Part shown: piece after piece, positions 25,701 through 35,466 of the stretch | Layout of the letters: each line of letters begins with the position of its first letter | Numbering within the stretch: position 1 is the first letter of the stretch | Assembly (NCBI GenBank): GCA_002269645.1 | Contig: NIVC01003257.1 | Location: forward strand, 1 to 64,000 | Source of the DNA: Macrostomum lignano | Lineage: Eukaryota | Reading direction: 5' to 3' | Length of the DNA: 64,000 nt | Translations under genes and position numbers: made by a program | The notes under the pieces: generated by a model | Told to the model about the DNA's origin: nothing | Database searches by the model: none | What the model saw: only the letters and a program-made list of their open reading frames with translations

Positions 25701-27297
25701 TAGTTTTTTTAGTATCCGGAATTTTGTTCTTTGGTTATTGGTTGCTTGTTTTGTTTCTGTAATCTCTGCTGTGAATTTATATGATAATGAGAGTATAATT
25801 TGATTGTGGTCACTAAGGTAAGTATGGTTTCTTACTTTAAAGTCTTCAAAGTGCTCAAGTACGTTGCTAGAGACAAAACAGAGGTCAATTACAGATGAAC
25901 CAGTTTTGGAGATAAAGGTAAGTGTTCCAGTTGCATCAGATAGGGATCTACCATTGATTATATGCAAGTTATATGAGTTTGTGATTTAGTTTAATAATCT
26001 ACCACTTTTACAGGTTTTTTTGTCTTGGCTTTGCCTATAGAGTGAGATATTTTTTGTCTTTAAAGTGCTTATTCTATGCAAATCTATATGATCAGTATTG
26101 TAAGTATGTGCATTAAAATCTCCCACCAGGATTATGTTTTCTTCAGAATGATATGCATCAAGTATTAGTGCTAACTGTTCCCAAGACTCTTCTTCATAGT
26201 ATTTTGAAGATGTTGGTGGTATGTAAGAGTTGATGACAGTAAAATTTTTGCTTTTGTCCTTTTTGTTTTTAAAGTTTAATGTCAAAAAATTGTTGTAGTT
26301 ATGGAATGACTCAGTCACATTGAAATGTGTTTCTAGTGATTTTTTATAAGCAGTCAGTAGGCCGCCAGATGCCCTACCAGTAGAACTGCTTCCTTTTTTG
26401 TTTGCAGACTTTTGGAAAATTGTGTAGTTGTCACGCAATTTGTCAGTGCTGAGAAGCCTATCATTGCTTTTTGTATCAATTATCCAAGTTTCTTGAAGGC
26501 AGAAAATATCATGCTTAAAAATTGGCTCAGCTTCTAACAATTCAAGTTTGGGAATCATCACTGAGTCTTTTATAGTATAAAGTCCTGTAATATTCCAACT
26601 GCTAATTGTGAAATTTTGTTTAATCTTTTTAATATTGAGTTCAGAGAGTTTTGATTTAGTATTTTGAGATATTTTTATGTTCCTATGAGTGATACTATTC
26701 TTAATCAAGATAAGATAATCTCTAGTGTACTGAATCCGCTTCTTTTTAGTCCTATTAGCATCAGTAGATTTATTGATACATCTAATATCAAAAAGGTCGA
26801 AAGTCGATGAAGTTCAAAAAGCTTTGATGAAGGGGACTCCCTTCTTATAGGCAATTCGAATGTTATTCTCACTATCTTCTTTCCGTTTTTTCAGCTCTTT
26901 GATGACCTTCTGCTTGTACGTACGTTCCTTCTGTGTTAGGTCGTTCTCTATTCTGACTCTTTGATAGGCAGAACCAGCTTCCCGCAGGTTTTTTAGGTTG
27001 CCGAAGAAAGCTGCTTTGTCACTTTCGTTTGCAAGGCGAACAACCAGGGGCCTCGGCCGGTTGCTAAAAGGTTGTTCACGGCCGAGTCGTTTGGTGGCAA
27101 TAATTGGCACTGTTGATGGGGTGATCTTCAGTCCATCTCGTAGCAAGTTCTCAAGCTCCTCCGTCTCTTGCAATCCGAAAATTATTATATTATTTTTTTT
27201 AACATTTCGCAGATTCACTTCTTCTACAATCTCATCGAAGCTTATGTCGTACGTTATTGTTTGTTTGCCATTTTCGATTGACTCGAGTTCGGCGAGT
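22766..27297 (-). mobile_element. LINE copy 1 (APE-RT, CR1/L2/RTEX-like; clade unresolved): partial ORF1 27297-26814, ORF2 about 26708-23223 with one nonsense codon and two homopolymer frameshifts, 3' UTR and (ACT)n tail
   Basis: ORF1: NNIIIFGLQE...RPRPLVVRL. APE: SWNITGL, DIFCLQETW, LVGDFNAH, SVIDL, LSDH. RT: KAPGHD, NYRGI, QYGFK, FVDYEKAFDS, GVLQGNPLS, LLFADD, FKYLGI. C-terminal CxxC-H-C. (AGT)n on + at 22766-22790. Confidence 0.92.
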
Positions 27298-30200
27298 TAT
27301 TGTAAAAGATAAAGTATTTGAAAGCGCGCCAGAATTTTTACGGTATTTTTGGACGAAAAGTGACGACTAACAACTAACAACGAGTATAAATATTAATACA
27401 AAAATGAGTACAAATTACGAGGTATAGCTTTAATTGCGAGATTACTTTGGTAAGCGAGTTTGTAAAAAAAAGATGTAGTATTTTTGAAAGCGCGTGATAT
27501 TTCAAAGCGTGAAAAACGAACATAAACAATACTTCGAAAGAACTTTACGAATAACGACGATTTAAATAGGGAATTAAAAGACAGTAAATGAATAAACAAC
27601 TGAAAAGCGGATTTGTTACACTGCTAATGTATCTGATTCAGTTTGTTTAACTGTTTTAGCTATTCATGACTTCATATATTTTAGCTACACCAGTGAGTTC
27701 TTTTCTGACTCTTTTTTCATTTGTAGCATACACATGGTGACGCGAATTGCGCAAAATTGCACAAAATTACGTGAGAAAATTGAAAAAAATTGGGCAAGAA
27801 TTGCGCAATAATTGCACTCAAATTGTTCATTAAGTGCAATAAAATTACACGAAATCACGCTTAAAATTACAATTTAATTGAGCATAAAATTGCAATTCAA
27901 GAGCTTAGAAATTGCCGTTGGAGTGGCACTTCAGAATATTGATACGCTCGTATTATAGTGCAGGTAAATTTTAAGACTTCCCAAATTTAGCACTCGATCT
28001 GCAATTTTCATTATATCTGCTCAGAATTGAACCCAGAAAAGTAATTAAGACACAGTAAAAACCACCGGTGTTATTTCGGAATACATTAAATTTTGCAATT
28101 TTTCAATAAGATGTTATAATCATTTTTCAATCCAATACATTTCATTGTAATTTTTTATTTCACTTTACTACATATTAAAAAATAAAACTACAAACAGATA
28201 CTAAATATAAACCTGTACGGGCAAAAAACGATGTATAAGATACAAGAAAATACTTGCATAGATTAGTAAAAATTATTATTATTAAAATATTACTATTTAA
28301 CTATTTAGAAAAATTATTATTAAACCATTAATAAGCACACTGAACATTGAAACTAATTGAAAAATTCTTTTACATTTGAAGTGCAAAAGCGTTCTAAATA
28401 AACAATTTATTAGTTAAACAATATTTTAACTTTCAGGGGTGCTGGCTGCATCAGCATGTTTATCTAAGCAGTTAAAACTTTAAAGATGAAGCCTTTTACA
28501 CATCTATGATGAAGCTTTTGGATACTTTTAAGTTCAAAACCTTTCTAGATTCCGAAATGAGACTTTCTAAGAACCCACAGGTAATTATTTTGTAGAATTG
28601 AATATTTAAAAAAAGATCCCAGATAAAGTTAGGATTCACTTTTTGCTTATTTATAATTTTTTATCGCCTTTCCATGATCTTACTTAGACATTACTTTTTA
28701 AGGCTACCCAACATTGCCAGCCTGAAGCTCGTTAGAGCTTCCAGAAGTCAATTACAGTGATTACCTTGCAGTGATTTAGTGATTGCTTATTTAATGTTAT
28801 TCCTATAGGCTATAACTGATACTTAATGGTTTCCAGTATTGTCTTTCTTACGCTTGCCAGAAATGTCACGAAACATTTGATTTAACGATGCTCGCACAGA
28901 TCTCCAGTTGTAGGCTGCAAACCATTCGGACAAAACAGCTCGAAGCTCCTCAACAGATTGCTCGTCCATCGCAATGCGCTCCGTTAAGCCATTCAGCTCA
29001 ATAATTGCAGAAATGCAATACTCCTCACCGAAGCGTCAAAGAATGTACTTTATGTACATTGGAGTTTATGTACATTGGCCCGCTATGAGAATTCGATTTA
29101 GGAAACTATAGAAGCACAAACTCGAAAGGCAACGGTTGGTCAAATTTGTCTGCAGCATGCCTTCGCTTTTGTGTGTTCATTTCTTGGCATGAAGAGAAAC
29201 ACAATTGAGTATTGAGTTGAAGTTGCACTGCTTTATAATTATAAAAGAGTATTATATTATAAATAATAATTATAAAATAATGATATAATTAATAATTATA
29301 AAATAATTATATAATTAATAATTATAAAATAATTATAATAGATTATAAAAACAAAGTAGCTTTTTGAGCCACTTATTTTATTTATTTATATAGATTTCAT
29401 TTTAGAATTTTGGCATACCATTAATTTGTATATGGAATCATAAAATATTATTTTGAAAACTTGCAACCAAGATTTTCATAAAACAATCTAGATATAGTGA
29501 TATGATATATAGTCTAACAGACAATATATCAATAGAAGCCAAAATATTAAATACCTTAAAATAGTAGCTAATTAGTAAACAGAAGCTATACAAATGATTA
29601 TACGCTCATAGCTAGGCCTAGTCATTAAGTCATTGATTAAGTTAGTAATCTAGTATATACCTACTTAATCAACTATCTTTTGCATATATTATGCTGTACC
29701 ATTTAATAAACTGATAAGCTTCAGTTTGACTTTTAGACAATACATCAATTAATTTAATTAGAAAAAAGTAAATGTTTTTAAAATAGCTATAGCCTATAGC
29801 TACATTAATTAAAAACCTATTTGTAGGCCTAGCTAATTGCCTATTAAACAATGATGTTCAATTTCATGCTTCACTAATTTAATTTAATGTATAGCTCCTA
29901 TAAATAGTAGAGCTACTAAAATAATTTTGAATTGAAATACATAATGTAATGACCAATGACAATGTAATTACAATTAAAGTATAACTTATTAATACAAAAT
30001 TTTAGTCTACAAAGTGCCACTGCAGTATTAAAATTAATTGTATGCACTTGCCTGATACTGAGAGAGCTCTAGTCCTAGATATAAGAAAATGATAGAAAAG
30101 TATAATTACATGTATGAAACTAAAAGATAAAGTTCAAATACAGAGTTGACAAAACATTAACAATGACATAGTACATAGACAATTGGTAGCTTTTAGTATT

Positions 30201-32065
30201 TTATAAAAGGAGCTATGAAAAATGAATTGGACAAACTCCAATAATGCTAGCTAGACTAGTCAATACTTATTAGTAATAGCTAGCAATAATAGGACTAGAA
30301 TTAGATAAATTAAAAAACTTTTTTTGAGTTTTACAATCTTAAGTCAAGACTACAAGAGTAAATAGCAAGGCTAAGTTCTTGTCATTTACGATAAGTGAAA
30401 AGCAAGTGGCATTACTAGCCTTCAATTTCAATTACAATGATAAAAAAAGCTAGTAAAAACAACAAAGGAGAAGGCAACAACAACAAGCAAGAGCAAGAAA
30501 GCAGCAATACGTCGACCAATATGGAGCAATAAGGCGCGCTGCTTTTTAAATTTAGCAAAGTTGTTACACTTTTAAACAAAAAATTCCTAAAATGGTAGAT
30601 ACACTTTCTATTGAATATACAAAGCAGATAGATTTCTTAGAAAAATCAATTTTATTTGTTTGTAAGAATTTAGAACACTTTAAATTTGTTCAGGGAGTCG
30701 TGAAAATGCAGTCATGTAAGTACAACTTATATTGTGCATATTTGCAGCTTATATAAATCATTTTATACCTCAATTTCGAAGACTTTGTCTATACTATGCT
30801 TCAATATATTGCAATTCATTTTCTGTACTCGTCAGAATCTGCATGTAATCGTTAAAAAATAATTTCTTTTGGCAATCTACATGTAATAGATGCGATGTAA
30901 ATGTACCAGTAGCAAGGATATTTTTTATCTACTACTATACAAGTAATATTTAAAGCATATTTGAAATTGAAAAAATTGCAATATTCTTTGCAATGCGATT
31001 GCAAGAATTTCACTTTCTTGATATGTCTTTAACACTACTTACATAAGCATCTAAAGCGCACATGAAAGTTGAGAAAATTGCAAGTTCTATGAGAAAGAAA
31101 TTGCAATTAAGTCAATTATTGTGAATAAAATTGCAAGTTTCAAATTTTTTCCTCAATTTCGGGTATCATGTGTATCCTATCTTGTGTATTTGATTGCTAT
31201 TTAAGAGGTATTGACAGAAGTATTTTTTCCTGATCTCTTCAGTTTGTGAACATTCGGTCAAGTAGTGTAGAATGTCAGAACCATTTCGCGCTCCACATAT
31301 TTTTACATGGTTCTTGAGAAAAAAAGTTGGGTGTAATCTCGCATTTCAGTTTTAGGAGGGTTGTTAAGAATTTTTTGTTTCTAAATGTACATGGAAAGTA
31401 ATCTGAAAGGTCAGGCCTGCAGATTTTTTTGTAGAGATAGGCGTTTTTGTAGAGTTTAATATGTTGCTGATTCTAGCTTTTGGCTAAGTTCTCTTTCTCT
31501 GTGTATCTTGAGGTGCTTTTTCACTAGGTATTTCTCGTTATTAAAGCTTTGGGAAAGTTTATCTTCAGTTAGTGCTTTTAGGTCTATACTTTCTAGTTTC
31601 TTTAGTACATTCATTTTCCATGGATTTTTTTGGCCGGTGCTTGAGTAGAAAATTTCTAGAGTCGTTTGGCAGAGTTTTTTGTGTCTAATCTTCAGCCAGT
31701 AGATGAGGTAGGTTTTAGCGATTCGTTGAGAGATTGGAGTAAGCTCAAGTTCTGATGATATCACACTGTTGCTAGCAAATTTTGGTAGATTGAGGAGATA
31801 TTTGTAGAATTTCAGCTGAATATTATCAATAGCTTTTGTATCAGACATGGTAGCCAGAGGGCCCCAGAGCTCACAACCGTAAGTGATAACGGGGGTAACA
31901 AGCGCGTTAAATAGTCTGCGAATAAGTGTGATGTCTAGGGACGTATTCTTTACCCTATGGAGTAGGGAAATCATGGCTGTATATCCCTGCTTAGTTTGGT
32001 GTTCAATACATTTTTTAAAGCTGTTTTTTGGTTCAAAAATAATTCCCAGGTATTTAAATTCATTT
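27298..32065 (-). mobile_element. LINE copy 2: ORF2 C-terminus plus 3' UTR of the same family, split by a DNA transposon at 27731-31172
   Basis: 31173-32065 aligns by eye with 23297-24195, and 27455-27730 with 22970-23297. ORF 31456..31974 is nearly identical to part of 23223..24329. Confidence 0.9.
27731..31172. mobile_element. 3.44-kb non-autonomous DNA transposon with CAC...GTG termini and TA target duplication (CACTA/CMC-like)
   Basis: The uninterrupted paralog reads tagcaTAtcc; here it reads tagcaTA|CACATGGTGACGCGAATTG...CAATTTCGGGTATCATGTG|TAtcc. Imperfect TIRs and dense AATTGC subterminal repeats at both ends. Confidence 0.85.
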
Positions 32066-33902
32066 ATTGTTATTGTAAAAGATGAAGTATTTGAAAGCGC
32101 GCCAGAATATTTTTACGGTATTTTTGTACGAAAAGTGACGACTAACAACTAACAACGAGTATAAATATTAATACAGAAATGAGTACGAATTACGAGGTAT
32201 AGCTTTGATTGCAAGATTACGATATTTGTAAAAGTAAGGTATTTGAAAGAGCGTCTAGAATTTTTTTTTTAAACGGTTTTCCAGCCCATTAACGAGTCAC
32301 GACTAACGACAGAATAACAAGATTCAAAGCAGGGAAAAATAAAAAATCAATGTCTTACATGTATATATATGACCTTAAAGCAAAACGATTCTTCTAGAAT
32401 GCGATTCAGGAAAGGTAGTTAGATCTTAACATTTCCACTTAACGATTTCCACTTTCCGATGTTTTGAATCCACGCGCGACATAGAGTCAAAGTTAATCTT
32501 AAACAAATGGCGCACAATCGACTTGCTATTGTGAAGTAAAATTAGCGATAAAGTGACAAAAAAGTGGTTTCACAAAAAACTCTGTTTTTAACCTAAAAAG
32601 CAAAACTTTAAAGCATATGCTGTGTATATATTACCGTATTTTAAAATGTTTCTTTTATTTAAAAGTATGTCATGCACTTTAAATGAATGACGTGATCGAT
32701 CGATCGATCGGACGCATTCATTCGACGCATTAATTCGTAAATGAATGAATGAAGTCCTTCGACCTTCTATCTATCTCAAAGCTGACTCCAAGTTGTTCTA
32801 ACGGTTGCTTTTCTCTCTTTACTTATTATAATGTAATATTCTGGGATTATTTTTATACTCAATTTATTTTAATTTTATAATTATAAAGTAATTTTTTACT
32901 ATATTATTTTTAATACTAGGTCTAAGGTCTAAGTCTAATGTCTAAGTCTAAGTATTATATATTATAATACTACTACTATACAATGTTCATACCAAATAGA
33001 TACCTAACTTAAGTACTAATTAATTCTAATTTGATATACTAGTATTGTAATATGATGGTTGGCTGTTTGCATCTCAATAAGACAAGAGTTATTTTTAAAA
33101 AAGGAGTTTTCAAACATTGAGTAGTTTATTGAGGCTATTCTTGAGATTTAAGGTTATTTATTTTGTTCAACTTACTTACTACCTATTCAGTATTTATATA
33201 GCCTAGGCCTACTAAAAGTTTCATAGTTGTTTAAAACAAATTTTTATGATGAAATATAGAAATAAGTTAGTGGAATTAAAAAAGTTATTTTTAAAGAATC
33301 AATAAAGTTTGAAGCTTATTATGAAGGGTGTTTCAAAAGTAATGAATTTTGTCATAACTTTTAAATAGATAAACTTATCAACTTGAAATTTTTACATAAT
33401 TATTTTTTAAGTATTCATGCAATATACTATTTCAGTTTTACTTTTTTCGCTCTATAAGCCAACTTGCAACAAGTAGCATCTAGCAAGAAAGTCTGAATCT
33501 TAAAACAAAAAATTACAACCTATATAGGGCCTAAATTTTGTTGACAAATTTTAGACATATCTTCCAACACTTTTTACAACACTTAATGTTGAAGTGTTGG
33601 AAAAAGTGTCAATAATTAACTTTTACCAACACATTTTTAGATATCTTCCAATACTTTTTATGACATTTAAATTAATACTGCAAGAAGTGTAGTATAATTA
33701 ACTTGTCTTTTGCCGACATCTCTTGCCCGACACTTTTTCACACAAATGGTCATTGGCTGAAACAGGGGCTAGAAATAGTAGTATAGGCATTTATAGGATT
33801 AACATTAATCTTAGCAACAATATTAATAATTTAGGTAGCTATCATAAGATGAGTATTTAAAAAAAGATTTGCTTATTAAAATTTTCACTACAACATTATA
33901 GG

Positions 33903-35187
33903 CAGTGTTAGGCAAAGTTCCAGCACTTCCAACACTTTTAGTACCAGAAGTTACTTTTTTCAAAGTGGCACTTTTTCAGTTTTTCTAGAATGCCAGACTT
34001 TGGTAAAGGAAGTTACTTTTTGATAAGTCTGGTCCTCAGGTACTTAAAAATGAAATTTTAAGTGCCAAATAGCCAATTTAGCATTAAATATTTCCCAAAA
34101 GCACAAAAAATCAGCAAAATACTTGCAGTACAATTATACAAAGATAAAAAAGATGATCCTAGATCATGTGGTTTTTATTTTTTAAGTTAAAGCTTGTTTT
34201 AAGCATTATATACATGTAGAATCATAGAATGAAGTAATTATTGGGAACTACTATTGCTAAAACTAAACACATTCAAAACAATAAACATCCTTGTTTAACA
34301 ACTCTTTGCAAGTTTTCTAACAAGCATAACTAGCAGTACATCAAGATGCTACCTTTGTGATTTGCAGAACATTTTTAAAGGCCGATTTCTTCATTTCAAT
34401 GTTCTTATAGGATGATATGAATGATGCATTCTTATAGTGTTTTAACTTTTAACTCCTTTGAGGATTATTATAATTTTCTAATTGCAGCACAATTTAAGGC
34501 ACTGTAATAATCAAGTTATTTAAAGTCTTGTGCATTGGTCTATCTATCAAATTCGTCATTTGTTGCCTGGTATCTGTTTTGTTAATTATTAACTAGCATT
34601 TCTAAGGCTGCCAGAATTTATATTATTTTTTATTCTAAATAAAAGTATTACACTACTGTAAAAGTATAGCTGCTGTAAAACTATAACACAATACTATACA
34701 CTATAATAGGGCAATGAGAATGGCCCTCGCAAACAAAAAGTTGCCTAAAGTATTTTGCACTGATCATTGTAACACATCTATTGGACAAAAATTTCTCCAT
34801 AATACTTGATCTGAAGAGTCAGAATCAACATTTGAAAATAGGCCTCCAAAATTTTTTCTGCAAACTGCGAGTATATATTATCCTGATGTATATGTACTGC
34901 TAATCTTTGTTTTATAGAGGTAGTATTTATTCACTCAAATTTTGGATGTAATAATAACAAAAAACACAATGTTGCATCTTTATTTGAGGAATAGCAGCAT
35001 GTTTAACTCTAGACCAACATATGTTTTTGTTTTTTTTCATGAAGACATGTTTAAGTACTCTTTAATTGGTGGTTTTATAAAATTAGAAAGGACCAGTAAT
35101 GAAAGTACCAGAAGTTACTTTTTTTAAAAGCACCGGTACCAGAACAAGTGCCAGAAGTTACTTTTCCAGAGTAACTTGCCAACACTG
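33903..35187. mobile_element. 1285-bp non-autonomous hAT-type DNA transposon
   Basis: Perfect 8-bp TSD ATTATAGG (33895-33902, 35188-35195). TIRs CAGTGTTAGGCAAAGTT / AACTTGCCAACACTG. Subterminal ACCAGAAGTTACTTTT repeats. No transposase ORF. Confidence 0.85.
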
Positions 35188-35466
35188 ATTATAGGTAATT
35201 TGTTTCTTACAATAATGTCATTTAGACACTTGTAGCAGACTTTTCACTCCTAGTTTTTTTCTATTAAAGTTTTTTCATTCAGAGTGTGAAGAATACCTTA
35301 CCAACAATAGATTTTATATTGAGTTCTATACTTTGATTGCAAAACAGGATTTGAATGATGCCTTATTTTAGATATTTGTGTCTAAAATAATATAACAGAA
35401 GAAAGAAATAAGCAAGCCAATTATTTCGTAAATAAAATTTTTCAATAAATTATTGTGATCTTTCAG

